Notes under the pieces: model-generated
The model's input: the letters and a program-made list of their open reading frames with translations, nothing else
The model's database searches: none
What the model was told of the DNA's origin: nothing
Shown: in pieces, positions 29,715 to 40,904 of the stretch
Numbering within the stretch: the stretch's first letter is position 1
Layout: each line of letters opens with the position of its first letter
Translations under genes and position numbers: made by a program
Assembly: GCA_965541585.1 (NCBI GenBank)
Contig: CBEUCH010000006.1
Location: forward strand, 128,001-192,000
DNA length: 64,000 bases
Reading direction: 5' to 3'
From: an uncultured bacterium
GTDB taxonomy: Bacteria > Zixibacteria > MSB-5A5 > UBA10806

Positions 29715-29990
29715 TGCTCCTTGAAAGGCTCGAAACAACGAATTCTTTTTACTCAACTTCTCTATCCTATAGCCGTGGCTTGAAAAAAGCAAGCAAAGAG
29801 TCGCCGTACCAATTAGCGTCCTGCCTGAACATCGTTATAGTCATCGCTTTTTGCGGACAAAATTACGGCTTGAAACGGCCATCAGCATTAGTTAGATTCT
29901 GCGGACTATTTTGTGAGATTGACTCTCAAGTTTCCCGGCGGGGTTCGGAATGCGAGTAAGTCTAAAATCGACAGGTAAAGGATTCTAATA

Positions 29991-30887
29991 ATGAGCACAC
30001 AAATTCCCTACCTTGGCCAGGCCTTCGCTCTCCTTGCAGCCGTGGTCTGGGCATTCGCAGTCATCCTGTTCAAGAAAAGCGGCGAGACGGTTCATCCCAT
30101 CGCTCTGAACTTTTTCAAAAGCATTCTGGCCCTGGTTCTGCTGATTCCCACCATATTTCTCTTTGGAGAACCGGTCAGGGGATTATTCTCTACAAATGAG
30201 TATCTGCTTTTGCTTGCCAGCGGCGCCCTGGGTATAGGGCTTGCCGACACCTTCTTTTTTAAAAGCCTCAACCTTTTGGGAGCAGGGCTGTCGGCAATAG
30301 TCGATTGCCTCTACAGCCCCTTTATTATCGGGCTTTCGGTACTATGGCTGGCGGAGACTCTGAATCTGCTTCAGGTCGCCGGAGTGATAATGATTATCTC
30401 TGCAGTCCTGACCATACGCAAGGCGAATGATAAAGGGAGGATCAGCCGTCATGACCTGCTGTGGGGAATTTTCTGGGGCGTCATGGCCATGGCCACCATG
30501 GCGGTCGGGATCGTAATGATAAAACCACTCCTGAACCGATCCCCTCTACTCTGGTTGACGGAAGTCAGAGTCATGGGGGGAGTGGCCACATTAGCTCTCG
30601 TGTTGCTGTTTCACCCGGGGAGACGCGAAATTGCCACGCCGCATTTAACCTCGCGTGGCTGGATGTATTTGATCTCCAGTTCATTCCTGGGAGCCTATCT
30701 GGCTATGATCGTCTGGCTGGCGGGGATGAAATTCACCATGGCGTCGATCGCCGCGGCGTTGAACCAGACCAGCAATATTTTTATCTTCATCTTCGCCGCT
30801 ATTTTCTTAAAAGAACCGATCACGCCCAAGCGTACAGCGGGGATCATTCTGGGGGTCGCCGGCGCCTTTTTGGTTACGTTCGGTTAG
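29991..30887 (+). CDS. DMT/EamA-family transporter
   Basis: About 10 TM helices in two EamA repeats (FLKEP). Confidence 0.88.
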   Translation: MSTQIPYLGQAFALLAAVVWAFAVILFKKSGETVHPIALNFFKSILALVLLIPTIFLFGEPVRGLFSTNEYLLLLASGALGIGLADTFFFKSLNLLGAGLSAIVDCLYSPFIIGLSVLWLAETLNLLQVAGVIMIISAVLTIRKANDKGRISRHDLLWGIFWGVMAMATMAVGIVMIKPLLNRSPLLWLTEVRVMGGVATLALVLLFHPGRREIATPHLTSRGWMYLISSSFLGAYLAMIVWLAGMKFTMASIAAALNQTSNIFIFIFAAIFLKEPITPKRTAGIILGVAGAFLVTFG

Positions 30888-30985
30888 TGTAGCGTTGAAT
30901 AAGGAGAGAGAAAATTCTATTGATTTACCCGGGTCGATGTCTGTAATTTATATCAAATGCCGCATCTTGGGAATGTTAAGCCTGA

Positions 30986-32146
30986 GTGTGCAATCGATCC
31001 AATGTATTGAGAATTCAGATGATCTCTATTAAAATACTTGCAAGGACAATTCCCGTAAATTGTATAATGCCGATTTTCATCTGCATAAGTTTAACGGGTG
31101 CGTCAAAATCCTTATCTGCATCTGAGGACACGATCTCCGTTGACACCCCGGCATTTGAAAAGAGAAGTTTATCGATATTGCCGATAATATTCTATTCACC
31201 TCAAACGAAACTCGCAGCCGGCGTTTTGCCTACATATATATATCGTAGCTCTGCGGAGAGCAGGCCATCCAGCGTAACATTTCCCGCATACTATACACTT
31301 AATAAGCAGATATCAATCTCGATAGAACCTCAAGTTTATTACAGGAACGGCCAGTATCGGTTGTCCGGCCTGTTGTATTATCAGAAATGGCCGGACCTGT
31401 TCTATGGCCTGGGGAATGCAACGTCGGTTGACGATGAAGAGGAATACACCACCAGGTCAGCCGGAGGGTCGATGCATTTACAGAGGCGTTTCGGATCGAG
31501 TTTATATTTCGGTGTTATAGGCGAATTGTCACATAGTGAACTTATTGAGATCGAGGACGAAGGGATTCTGGCCGGCGGTGCTGTAACGGGCGCGGAGACC
31601 GGCACGGTCAGCGGCGCTGGAGTCTCGATAAGCTGGGATAGCAGGGATAATATTTTCTTTCCAGGGAACGGAAGCTACCATGTTGTCTCCGCCGCCTCTT
31701 ACGGCAGCGTTCTGGGCGGCGATTATTTTTATAACGGATTTACTGTCGATCTGCGACAATATGCGGCACTCGATTCCAATAAGATCATCGCGGTCCAGGC
31801 ATACGGAAGCTTTACCGACGGTGATCCGCCTTTTGGATGGTTGCCCCGGCTCGGCGGAATAATTCGAGGATACTATCCCTTGAGATACATTGATAGAAGT
31901 CTGCTGGCCTTCCAGGTGGAATACCGGATGCACCCGGTGTGGAGGAGATTTGGTATAATAGGTTTTGCCGGGATAGGAGCGGTAGCCGATGGATTGTCGG
32001 ATTTCAGATCGGACTATTTCAAATTCGCCGCCGGAGTCGGCATACGCTATCTGTTCATACAAGCCGAGGGGTTGAATATTCGGTTCGATATCGGATTCGG
32101 CGAGGAGTCATCGGAAATCTACTTTAATATCGGCGAGGCCTTCTGA
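30986..32146 (+). CDS. Omp85/BamA-TamA-family outer-membrane beta-barrel (no POTRA)
   Basis: WDSRDNIFFPGNG, IRGY, GVGIRY, C-terminal GEAF; start uncertain. Confidence 0.82.
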   Translation: MCNRSNVLRIQMISIKILARTIPVNCIMPIFICISLTGASKSLSASEDTISVDTPAFEKRSLSILPIIFYSPQTKLAAGVLPTYIYRSSAESRPSSVTFPAYYTLNKQISISIEPQVYYRNGQYRLSGLLYYQKWPDLFYGLGNATSVDDEEEYTTRSAGGSMHLQRRFGSSLYFGVIGELSHSELIEIEDEGILAGGAVTGAETGTVSGAGVSISWDSRDNIFFPGNGSYHVVSAASYGSVLGGDYFYNGFTVDLRQYAALDSNKIIAVQAYGSFTDGDPPFGWLPRLGGIIRGYYPLRYIDRSLLAFQVEYRMHPVWRRFGIIGFAGIGAVADGLSDFRSDYFKFAAGVGIRYLFIQAEGLNIRFDIGFGEESSEIYFNIGEAF

Positions 32147-32296
32147 GATAAATGACCGGCCGCAAAAAATATCCTCGAAAATACCTATAAACATTCTGAC
32201 CGATTTTTCGTAGGTGAGATGGGTATGTCAATCTGTGAATTTCCACGTGTCTGAAATTGAAAATTTAAGCGATTTTCCCAATTAAGGAGGAAGGCG

Positions 32297-33490
32297 ATGA
32301 GAAAGTTTTTGTTGGCAACGATCATGGTCATGGCCCTGGCCAATTTGTGTTTTGGCCAGACAATTAAGAAAGAATTCGATATCGGAATGGGCAATGAGCT
32401 GGTACTGGATCTTGGGACCGGCGGCGGAATATATATCTCAGGCTGGGATGAGGAGAAAGTAGCGGTCAAGGTTCATATATCCGGCGTGGATGAGGATGAT
32501 TATGATCTGGATTTCGACGCAGGATCTTCGAGTATCAAGATTAGCAGTGATTATAGCAGTAGATGGGGACGGCACGACGGTGATTTCGAATTCGATATCA
32601 AGGTCCCGGAGAGATTTGATATAGAAATTGAATCTTCAGGCGGTAGCGTTCACATCACCGGTGTCGAGGGGGAGATCAGCGGCAGTACGGCGGGCGGCGG
32701 TCTCGTCTTCTCAAAGGTCAGCGGCGATATAGACTTCCGGACGATGGGAGGGGAGATCACGGCATCCGAGGTAAAGGGACAGCTCAGGCTCGAAACTATG
32801 GGCGGCGGTATCACAATCACCGATTCCGAGGCTGACGGCAGGGTCTCGACTATGGGCGGCAATATCCTGATGGAGCATGTTAAAGGCAACCTCAAGGGTT
32901 CCACCATGGGGGGCAATGTAACTTATAGAGATGTCAGCGGCAGATCTAATAGATCGTCGAAAAGGTCCAATGGGGACGAAGTGCATGTTTCCACCATGGG
33001 AGGCGATATCCACCTGGATGACGCTCCCCAGGGAGCAAATCTCAACACCAAGGGAGGCGATATAACGGTCCGTTCGGCAGGTAAGTTCGTGAAGGCCAAA
33101 ACCTTCGGGGGAAACATAGAGATCGACGAGATAGACGGCTGGGTAAATGCCTCGACATTGGGGGGCGACGTCACAGTCATTATGACAGGCGATCCCGATG
33201 AGGGTCGTCGTGATATCGAAATCTCCTCGCTGGGCGGCGAAATCACGCTGACCGTGCCCCCCGATCTATCCATGGAATTCGATATCGAGCTGGCTATAAC
33301 CAAAAACTCTCACAGGGATTACGAGATAATCAGCGATTTCGATATGAAGCAGGAAAAAACCAGAAAGTGGGATCGCAGCCACGGCAGCAAACGGAAATAT
33401 ATTTATGGCACCGGCACAGTTGCAGGCGGCAAGAACAAAATCGAAATCAGCACCATCAACGGGAATATCTATATAAAGAAGGGAACGTAG
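32297..33490 (+). CDS. Secreted DUF4097 beta-strand-repeat protein
   Basis: Signal peptide; many (S/T)xGGxI repeats; STINGNI end. Confidence 0.85.
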   Translation: MRKFLLATIMVMALANLCFGQTIKKEFDIGMGNELVLDLGTGGGIYISGWDEEKVAVKVHISGVDEDDYDLDFDAGSSSIKISSDYSSRWGRHDGDFEFDIKVPERFDIEIESSGGSVHITGVEGEISGSTAGGGLVFSKVSGDIDFRTMGGEITASEVKGQLRLETMGGGITITDSEADGRVSTMGGNILMEHVKGNLKGSTMGGNVTYRDVSGRSNRSSKRSNGDEVHVSTMGGDIHLDDAPQGANLNTKGGDITVRSAGKFVKAKTFGGNIEIDEIDGWVNASTLGGDVTVIMTGDPDEGRRDIEISSLGGEITLTVPPDLSMEFDIELAITKNSHRDYEIISDFDMKQEKTRKWDRSHGSKRKYIYGTGTVAGGKNKIEISTINGNIYIKKGT

Positions 33491-33513
33491 GTTCAATTTA
33501 CATATAGACTCAG

Positions 33514-34911
33514 TTAAGATTTCGTGGCATAAAAAGGTTTCCACTTCTCCGCCGCCGGCTTCGACGTTACTAAGCTTACCACTATCAAGCCGAGCAACGA
33601 TATTAAAAGCGCCGGATAAACTGTCGGTATCCCCCACGGCCTGCCGGAGACCTCCCAGATCAGCGTCATGGCCATTCCCCCTGCCATCGATGAGACGCCG
33701 CCATAAGCGTTGGCCCGTTTCCAGAGGAACGCCGCCAGCACCGCCGGTGTTATACCCACTCCATACATGGTGTAGGCATATAATGCCATCTCCAGAATCC
33801 GGGTGAAAAATTTAACCTGCATAAATGCGAAAAGGCCGAGCAGAACAACCACTATCCTCGAATAGAGTATAATCCGCTTCTGCGATGCCTTCGGATTGAT
33901 GAATCTTTGATATATATCGCGGATTATGTTGGTCGATGGCACCAGGAGAAAAGAATCGGCCGTGGAAACGATGACCGCCACAATGGCTGCCAGTAGAAGG
34001 CAGCCGATCACCACCGGCAACCCGAATTTGACCGTATGCAGAATCACCATTTCGGATTCGATATCCATGAAAAGTGAACTGCCTATAATTGCTATGATGA
34101 CTATCAAAATCTCTATGACAATCGTTCCGACTATCCATCCGATCACCGATCTTTTAGCCGTTTTTTCATCCCTGGCCGAGAAAAACCGCTGGTACATGCC
34201 GGATTCGCCCAGAAGCAGGAGCATCGTCGGCAGGGAATAGCCCATCGCTTCCATCAATGACATATTTCCCAGCAGCTGGAAATGAGATTCGGGAAGCCTG
34301 GCGGCTATTTCTTCCCAGCCCCCGGCCCCGTTTAAAAGAAAGGGCAATGCTATAAACAGACCGATTATCATGATGGCGCCGTTAACTACATCGGTATAGG
34401 CAACCGAGATCAGACCCGCCAGCACGGTATAGGCGATGACGAATACGGCGGTGATGATTATCCCCGTATCAACCGGGATACCTGTTACCAGGTTCAACAC
34501 CATCCCGCCGGCCCTGAACTGGTAGCTGACTATGGCAGTATAGGCGATCACCGTGACCAGCGTGCCCAGCATACGGGCGTATTTGTTATATCGTGCTTCG
34601 AGTATATCAGGGACAGTATACTGAGCGAAGGCGCGCACGCGCCCCGCAATGAGATAGAGTATTATTATGGCAATCCAGACTCCGGCATCGAACCAGAGCG
34701 CCGGGAATCCTTTATCGTATGCCAGGCCGGCGCCTGCTATTATGGAACCCGACCCGATCCAGGTTGCCAGCAGCGTACCGACCAGTACTTTCGATGAGAG
34801 CCGTCTGCCGGCAACCATGAAGTCATCCTGTGTCTTTACCTGCCTGCTTCGATAAGCGCCGACAGCGATCAATATGAGCAGATATGAAATGATGACCCAG
34901 AAATAGATCAT
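33514..34911 (-). CDS. Sodium:solute symporter
   Basis: DFMVAGR, ATWIG, GLISVAYTD, YQRFFSA, STADS. Confidence 0.92.
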   Translation of the reverse strand: MIYFWVIISYLLILIAVGAYRSRQVKTQDDFMVAGRRLSSKVLVGTLLATWIGSGSIIAGAGLAYDKGFPALWFDAGVWIAIIILYLIAGRVRAFAQYTVPDILEARYNKYARMLGTLVTVIAYTAIVSYQFRAGGMVLNLVTGIPVDTGIIITAVFVIAYTVLAGLISVAYTDVVNGAIMIIGLFIALPFLLNGAGGWEEIAARLPESHFQLLGNMSLMEAMGYSLPTMLLLLGESGMYQRFFSARDEKTAKRSVIGWIVGTIVIEILIVIIAIIGSSLFMDIESEMVILHTVKFGLPVVIGCLLLAAIVAVIVSTADSFLLVPSTNIIRDIYQRFINPKASQKRIILYSRIVVVLLGLFAFMQVKFFTRILEMALYAYTMYGVGITPAVLAAFLWKRANAYGGVSSMAGGMAMTLIWEVSGRPWGIPTVYPALLISLLGLIVVSLVTSKPAAEKWKPFYATKS

Positions 34912-35104
34912 GTGGGGTTAATAGGGCTGATCCATCCCGATGTCAAACGATTAAGATCGAAGCTGTGGTTTCCAGTAAGCCGGGTGCCTTTTTGTTTAAA
35001 CACATCTTGACCGCTATCGAAGTAATTTCCTACTTTAGGTCGGCATAGTGCGGGGACCGATAGGAGTCGTCCAATATCGACAGTGAACCTGAGAATTCGG
35101 GAGA

Positions 35105-35677
35105 ATGACGATGAAAACAAGATGCGACTGGGCCAATTCGAATGATCTTATGATTCGATATCACGATACCGAATGGGGTGTGCCCCTGCATGACGATCGG
35201 AAGCTGTTCGAGTATCTAATTCTGGACGGTTTCCAGGCGGGATTGAGCTGGTCGACAATCATCAATAAAAGAGATAATCTCAAGGCGGCGTTCGATGATT
35301 TCGATCCAGCCAGGATCTCAGGTTATGGCCGAAGGAAGATCGAAACCTTATTGAAGGATACCGGTATTATACGAAACAGACTGAAGATCGAGGCCTCGAT
35401 CACAAACGCCAGGGTGTTTATGGATATCCAGGCGCAGTTCGGTAGTTTCGATAAATATATCTGGCAGCTTGTCGGCCATAAACCGATTGTTAATAAATGG
35501 AGAAAGATGAAGGATATTCCGGCCAGTACAACCGAATCCGATGCCATGAGTAAGGATCTAAAAAAGCGAGGCTTTAAATTCGTCGGCACAACAATTTGTT
35601 ATGCCTTCATGCAGGCGGCCGGGATGGTCAACGATCATATAATATCCTGTTACAGGTATCGCGAGGTAATGGAATGA
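35105..35677 (+). CDS. tag: DNA-3-methyladenine glycosylase I
   Basis: RCDW, YHDTEWG, QAGLSW, IIRNRLKI, GMVNDH...C. Confidence 0.95.
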   Translation: MTMKTRCDWANSNDLMIRYHDTEWGVPLHDDRKLFEYLILDGFQAGLSWSTIINKRDNLKAAFDDFDPARISGYGRRKIETLLKDTGIIRNRLKIEASITNARVFMDIQAQFGSFDKYIWQLVGHKPIVNKWRKMKDIPASTTESDAMSKDLKKRGFKFVGTTICYAFMQAAGMVNDHIISCYRYREVME

Positions 35678-36147
35678 ACGATCAAAATAAGACGGCCGTT
35701 TCGGCCGGTTCAAAGGTGAGCCTAAGAGAAATCACTAAAGATACTGTCAGAACAATTTGCGATCTTAAGGTGGCCGATTCGCAGCAGAAGTTCGTCGCCC
35801 CCAACGCGGTCTCCATCGCGCAGGCCTATTTTTCCGATAAAGCGTGGTTCCGTGCCATCTATGCAGATGATTCGCCGGTTGGCTTTCTCATGCTCGAAAA
35901 AGATACCGAGAAGCCGGAATATTTTCTCTGGAGGATGATGGTTGACGATAAGTATCAACGAATGGGTTTTGGATATAAAGCAATGATCCTGCTGATAGAT
36001 TATGTGAAGACACTTCCCGATACCACTGAATTTATCACATGCTGTGTACCGGGCGAGGGCAGCCCTGAGGGATTTTATCGAAAACTCGGTTTCGAAAGAA
36101 CAGGCGAAATGGATGGTATCGAAGTCGTAATGCGTCTGGCGCTTTAG
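35674..36147 (+). CDS. GNAT N-acetyltransferase (BltD/spermidine acetyltransferase-like)
   Basis: FVAPNAVSIAQA, YQRMGFG, FYRKLGF; ATGA overlap with tag. Confidence 0.85.
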   Translation: MNDQNKTAVSAGSKVSLREITKDTVRTICDLKVADSQQKFVAPNAVSIAQAYFSDKAWFRAIYADDSPVGFLMLEKDTEKPEYFLWRMMVDDKYQRMGFGYKAMILLIDYVKTLPDTTEFITCCVPGEGSPEGFYRKLGFERTGEMDGIEVVMRLAL

Positions 36148-36155
36148 ATCTACAG

Positions 36156-36953
36156 TTATTTCATAAATATCAACAGCCGCAAAACATCAAGATAATCGGT
36201 ACAGTCATATCTTACCGTATGAGTCCCGTCAAGCCGTGCACCCGGATAAAACGATGTTTTATACGCCAGCCTGTTGTCCTTGTATAAGACCTCCACTTCG
36301 AATTTGTCGGGTAAAGGAATCTCACATTTTGACTTATCACCGCTTAGGGCCTTCTTTGCAGCCTCTTTAATCCTCTTTGCGGCTAGATTGGGATGAATGC
36401 TGATATTTGATGTACCAAGGCCCTCGCTAACGGCGAGGGTATGAATATGGGGATTAACGTTTTTCGCCTCGTCGCATATACCCTTATCTCCGGTAATCAT
36501 GACAACCGGCACTCCGACTGATGCGGCGGCATAGGCGTTGATTAGAAATTCCGAGGCAAACCGATCGTTGATCTTAATATGCATCGAGGAACCTGTAAGA
36601 GTGTGCGCCAGCGGATTTGTATCAGAACCGGCGCGCGAGTGATATCCTGTAAATACCGCTGCGTCATAAGATTCATCGATCCCTTGAACCATTGAGAATG
36701 GATGCCCGCTCCATTCACGCAGGATTTTCACCTCCTCGGGCAGTCTTGACGCTATAATATTCCTGCCGGTATCGTGAGCGTCGCGGACGAGTATCTCGGT
36801 CGCTCCCGCCTCGATCGCGCCCTCGCAGGCGGCTACAACCTCGGCCGTCATCTGTTTTTGAAAATCAGCATAGTCCGATTTGCTCTTTAAGGTCTCATCC
36901 CAGTGGGTGATGCCGGTGGTGCCCTCGATATCCGCGCTAATGTATATTTTCAA
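36156..36953 (-). CDS. M55 D-aminopeptidase (DppA-type)
   Basis: KIYISADIEG, DAH, GYHSRAG, AHT, ITGD. Confidence 0.92.
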   Translation of the reverse strand: MKIYISADIEGTTGITHWDETLKSKSDYADFQKQMTAEVVAACEGAIEAGATEILVRDAHDTGRNIIASRLPEEVKILREWSGHPFSMVQGIDESYDAAVFTGYHSRAGSDTNPLAHTLTGSSMHIKINDRFASEFLINAYAAASVGVPVVMITGDKGICDEAKNVNPHIHTLAVSEGLGTSNISIHPNLAAKRIKEAAKKALSGDKSKCEIPLPDKFEVEVLYKDNRLAYKTSFYPGARLDGTHTVRYDCTDYLDVLRLLIFMK

Positions 36954-37001
36954 ATCGCTCTCCTTCCATCTTCAAACCACGATAGCGCATTATAACCTTT
37001 A

Positions 37002-37781
37002 TTATCTCGATGTGAAAATCGATTCTTCGTATTCATGGATCTTTTCGAAGCCCAATTTGCGGTAACATTTAATCGCCGGATGGTTGGCTGCGCCGACGTT
37101 TAAAGTTACCAGTCTTCCCTCGGAGACAAGTTCGTCAACCAGACGGGATGTGACAGCCGTGGCCAGCCCCCGGTTGCGATAGTCCGGGTCGGTGACGATA
37201 TTGCCGAGCACCGAAATATTGTATTCATCGGAGTACACATGTATACCACTGACGGCTACTATCCGGCCGCCATCGAAATATCCAAAATATTTCCCCGTCT
37301 GCAGCAGGCGAACATCAAAGTAATTCCCCGGATATGAGCGATCGTATAGATCTTTCAGATCCTCACTATTCGATAGATCCAACCTGGCTATTCGATCGTC
37401 TGAGACATTCGGTCGATTGCCGGCAGGCGGTTCCAGCTTCATCTTATGATGGGTTCCCAGCGACTCCTCGGTGAAACGCCTTAGAAGAATGGGACGATAA
37501 TCTCTTTGAAAATGGCAGTAGAACCGGCCGGGCAACACCGGTAGAAGTTCGTCCAGAAGGTCATCCAGACCATGCCCGATTCCGAATGCCTGGACCGTGG
37601 GAACGGCCAGACCGTCATAAATCAAGATCGATTCACTGATCTCTCCCCTGCCATCGAGGTTCGATGCCCACAGACAATCGTCGAAGTAGAAATCATCCAG
37701 ATCGCCTATATGATACCCGAATAGAACAGGATCCTTCTCAAAGTGGCGATAAAGGAGATTTTTGTCCGTCGGGTATTCCAT
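37002..37781 (-). CDS. GNAT acetyltransferase (FR47-like)
   Basis: GNIVTDPDYRNRGLA, NHPAIKCYRKLGF. Confidence 0.85.
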   Translation of the reverse strand: MEYPTDKNLLYRHFEKDPVLFGYHIGDLDDFYFDDCLWASNLDGRGEISESILIYDGLAVPTVQAFGIGHGLDDLLDELLPVLPGRFYCHFQRDYRPILLRRFTEESLGTHHKMKLEPPAGNRPNVSDDRIARLDLSNSEDLKDLYDRSYPGNYFDVRLLQTGKYFGYFDGGRIVAVSGIHVYSDEYNISVLGNIVTDPDYRNRGLATAVTSRLVDELVSEGRLVTLNVGAANHPAIKCYRKLGFEKIHEYEESIFTSR

Positions 37782-38020
37782 AATTACCTTAGCAATATGC
37801 TGCCCGGGCGCTCCAAATGTCAACAGAGTAGCTATCCCCTTTGCCCTGTCTAAATGATACGCAATTCGATGGAGTTATCCATAAATATAGGGTAAATCCC
37901 ATAGTTTGGACAATCAGTCGTGGGGCAAGCCCTTGAACCCGAAAAAAACTTTCCATTGTAATTCACTGCGGGTCAATTAGTTATATGAGCCCATCAGACG
38001 TCTTAGCTTGTGATTCCAAC

Positions 38021-38036
38021 AGGTATGACTCTTGCT
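38021..38036 (+). promoter_or_regulatory. Sigma54 -24/-12 promoter
   Basis: AGGTATGACTCTTGCT = GG-N10-GC, 40 nt before the pilV-like start. Confidence 0.55.
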
Positions 38037-38076
38037 TCCTACCTCTATCCGGATGGTAAAAAGCGAGGTGGAAACG

Positions 38077-38433
38077 ATGATGAAAATATCAAAAAAGCAG
38101 GATGGCTTTACTCTGATAGAGGTTATGGTCGGCATGATTATTCTGTCTTTAGGCCTGCTACTTCTGATGCCGATGATGGTAACCTCCATGCAGGCCAACG
38201 ATTTTGCCCGGGGCGCTACGGAGGCCTCAATGCTGATCAAAGACAAGATGGAGGAGTTGAAGAACATGGATCCTCCGACGTCCGGAGTTGATACATTGGG
38301 CACCGCGGAGCGAACCTGGGCTGTCTCCAATGCGGGCTCGAATCTCTGGCGTCTCGATGTTACCATTTCCTGGACCGACCGCCATGATCTGGGCCATTCG
38401 AACACCGTTTCATCATACATGTCAACAAGGTAG
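38077..38433 (+). CDS. Type IV minor pilin, PilV-like
   Basis: KKQDG|FTLIEVMV prepilin cleavage motif; SD GAGGTG. Confidence 0.88.
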   Translation: MMKISKKQDGFTLIEVMVGMIILSLGLLLLMPMMVTSMQANDFARGATEASMLIKDKMEELKNMDPPTSGVDTLGTAERTWAVSNAGSNLWRLDVTISWTDRHDLGHSNTVSSYMSTR

Positions 38434-38441
38434 GTGATACA

Positions 38442-39266
38442 ATGTTACGCATTAATTTAGATCTAAGCTCAATCAAGGGATTCACCATAATTGAATTGCT
38501 GATCGCCCTGTTTCTGGCAGGCATTGTAACGTCGGCTGCCATGGGTATCTATATCACCCAGCACAAGCAATTGATCGTTCAGGATGAAATCTCCGATATG
38601 CAGGCCAGCATAAGAGCGGCGGCGGTCGAGCTAAGCACACAGATCCGCATGGCAGGATATAATGTCCCCGAGAGTATCCCCAAGCTGGAGGCTTACAACA
38701 CCAACCCGGATACCATAGTGATCACCTATGACGCCGGTAACCTGGAGGGTGTGCAAATCGAGCACGACATGCCGCAACCTTCCGCAGAGCTTCGATGCGA
38801 CGGCCATGATTTATCAGGGATAAATGATGGTGATTGGGTTTATATATATGATCCCACCACAAACTACGGGGAATTTTTCGAGATCACCGAGGTTCAATAC
38901 GGTTCCAGCCATATCCAACATCGCACCATGCGTCTTGACAGGCGCTATCCCGCCGGTAGCTGGGTTATCAAACTGAATCATTTTAAATTCTATATTGATA
39001 ATTCGGACACGGAGCATCCCAACCTCATGGTGTGGGCGCCGGGGATGGGAGCGCAGATATATGCCGAGAACATAACCGGCTTCAATATTCAGTATGTATT
39101 ATCCACGGGAGCCGTGGTGGATATTCCTCCAATCCCGGATATGGTCCGCGAGGTAATCATCGATCTCGACGCCCGTACGGATAAGGCGGACGATGAATTT
39201 GAGACTCCCTACAGAACCAGAAGCCTGACAACCAGGGTTATGGTGAGAAATCTTGGAGTCGGTTGA
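38442..39266 (+). CDS. Type IV minor pilin, PilW-like (copy 1)
   Basis: KG|FTIIELL, IRMAGY, terminal VRNLGVG. Confidence 0.88.
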   Translation: MLRINLDLSSIKGFTIIELLIALFLAGIVTSAAMGIYITQHKQLIVQDEISDMQASIRAAAVELSTQIRMAGYNVPESIPKLEAYNTNPDTIVITYDAGNLEGVQIEHDMPQPSAELRCDGHDLSGINDGDWVYIYDPTTNYGEFFEITEVQYGSSHIQHRTMRLDRRYPAGSWVIKLNHFKFYIDNSDTEHPNLMVWAPGMGAQIYAENITGFNIQYVLSTGAVVDIPPIPDMVREVIIDLDARTDKADDEFETPYRTRSLTTRVMVRNLGVG

Positions 39267-39362
39267 GGAATTAGAATGTCGTCAATTCAAGTGATAGAAA
39301 AGTATATGAGCATTTTTCGATTCGTTGGCTTACCGTCTTTCCTAAAAGGGGGGGAATAAATT

Positions 39363-40574
39363 ATGAAAATATCCAGAAGATTAACAGGTAATTCGGAATC
39401 GGGCATCGTCCTGATTGTCTGTCTGGCGTTGCTTCTGATGCTGTCATTGATAGGGGTGGCATCGATAATGACCTCCAGTACCGAAATGGATATCTCGGGC
39501 AATGCACAGCAACAGACCGCCGCCTTCTATCTGGCCGATGCGGGCGCAGAGAGGGCTGTGGCAATTCTCCAGGACAGCAGTGACTGGCGCTACGGATTCT
39601 ATAACCAGCCTCTGGGAAATGGCGTGTATAACGTCATGGTTTTCGATAGCCTGTCGCTTCCCTACCTGGGCAGAAACCTGCTGGTGAGATCAACGGGTAC
39701 GGTGGAAGGCGCCGAGAGCACCATAGAGGTACTAATCGGGCCGGATTATAAATCGAAGTTTAACTATGGCGCCTATGGAAGAGATGATTTTAAGATGATG
39801 GGCGGCGGCTTGATCGATTCCTGGGACAGTGGTCTCGGCACCTACGCTTCCCAGGCGATAAATGGACCCGATGGTGGCGGAAATATGTATGCTAATGGAA
39901 ACGCCCGAATCGGCTGCAACGGAATTATAAAATTCGCCGGCAGTGCCCAGGTGCACGGCGATGCCGAGGTCGGGCCCACCGGCATATTTGATCTTGGCGG
40001 GGGTTTATACGGTGATACCACAAGACTGGCTACGCCCATTGTCTTAGACAGCATTCCGGCAAGCGAAATGGCGGATGCGCAGGCAGCTAATGATGCCTCC
40101 ACGAACATGAGGACAACCGGCGGCGCCGTCTACGACCCGGTCACGCACGCGCTGACGTCGTCCAACGCGGACGACAGCATGATCTTCAGTTCGGGAACCT
40201 ACTACTTCTCCTCCGTCGATCTCAAGGGAACAATGGTGATTGAGCCGGGAGCCCAGGTGTTCATCTATACGGACGGTATATGGGATGGAAGCAGCGGTTC
40301 TATGGTAAATCTCGACGGAGTTCCTTCCAATCTGCATATCTACTCCACGGCGAGTGTTTTCAATATCACCGGTGGCAGCGCCGTATGCGCCGCAGTGTAT
40401 GCTCCTGAGGCACTCATCACAATCACCGGCGGCAGTGAGTTTTACGGTTCCCTGCTGGGCAGGGAATACGATAACGGCGGCGGCACCAATCTCCATTTCG
40501 ATGAGGCCTTACTGCGCCTTGTCGATGAAGACTTTATCGTGGGGTTTAAAATAATCGGCTGGAATGAGTTGTAG
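39363..40574 (+). CDS. PilX-like pilus assembly protein (copy 1)
   Basis: ESG|IVLIVCL (no Glu5), AFYLADAG; C-domain with VYAP and LHFDEAL. Confidence 0.85.
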   Translation: MKISRRLTGNSESGIVLIVCLALLLMLSLIGVASIMTSSTEMDISGNAQQQTAAFYLADAGAERAVAILQDSSDWRYGFYNQPLGNGVYNVMVFDSLSLPYLGRNLLVRSTGTVEGAESTIEVLIGPDYKSKFNYGAYGRDDFKMMGGGLIDSWDSGLGTYASQAINGPDGGGNMYANGNARIGCNGIIKFAGSAQVHGDAEVGPTGIFDLGGGLYGDTTRLATPIVLDSIPASEMADAQAANDASTNMRTTGGAVYDPVTHALTSSNADDSMIFSSGTYYFSSVDLKGTMVIEPGAQVFIYTDGIWDGSSGSMVNLDGVPSNLHIYSTASVFNITGGSAVCAAVYAPEALITITGGSEFYGSLLGREYDNGGGTNLHFDEALLRLVDEDFIVGFKIIGWNEL

Positions 40575-40634
40575 TCGGTCATCCAGCGTTTGAAACGGAT
40601 GATGTGAAAAAGATTTAGCGTATTGCATTAGCGA

Positions 40635-40678
40635 CCCGGGGAAGCCGGCCTGATGAGGCGATTTCCCCGGGCTTTTTT
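40635..40678 (+). terminator. Rho-independent terminator
   Basis: CCCGGGGAA...TTCCCCGGG stem followed by T6. Confidence 0.8.
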
Positions 40679-40904
40679 ATTAACCACCAGACATCGTAAT
40701 TGTCCATAATTCGAAAGGTTGATTCCGGCTGCTGGGGTAGTTTCATAATGTAACATTGATTATATGGCAATGATATTTAATCTTACCGCCATGATCGTTT
40801 TTTGGCGAAGCTTCCGACTATGTTTAATGAAGCGATATTTATAGAGCGATGACAGCCAGGATTCTCCGGCGACTGGCGCCATCCATAAGCTGAGGAGACG
40901 AAAG

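Noticed and set aside
32600..33250. Repeating ATGGGxGGx units
   Set aside because: Explained by the TxGGxI protein repeats of DUF4097.
37880..37960. c-di-GMP riboswitch before the pilin genes
   Set aside because: The GGGCAAG seed lacks the GAAA loop, GCAAA and second stem.
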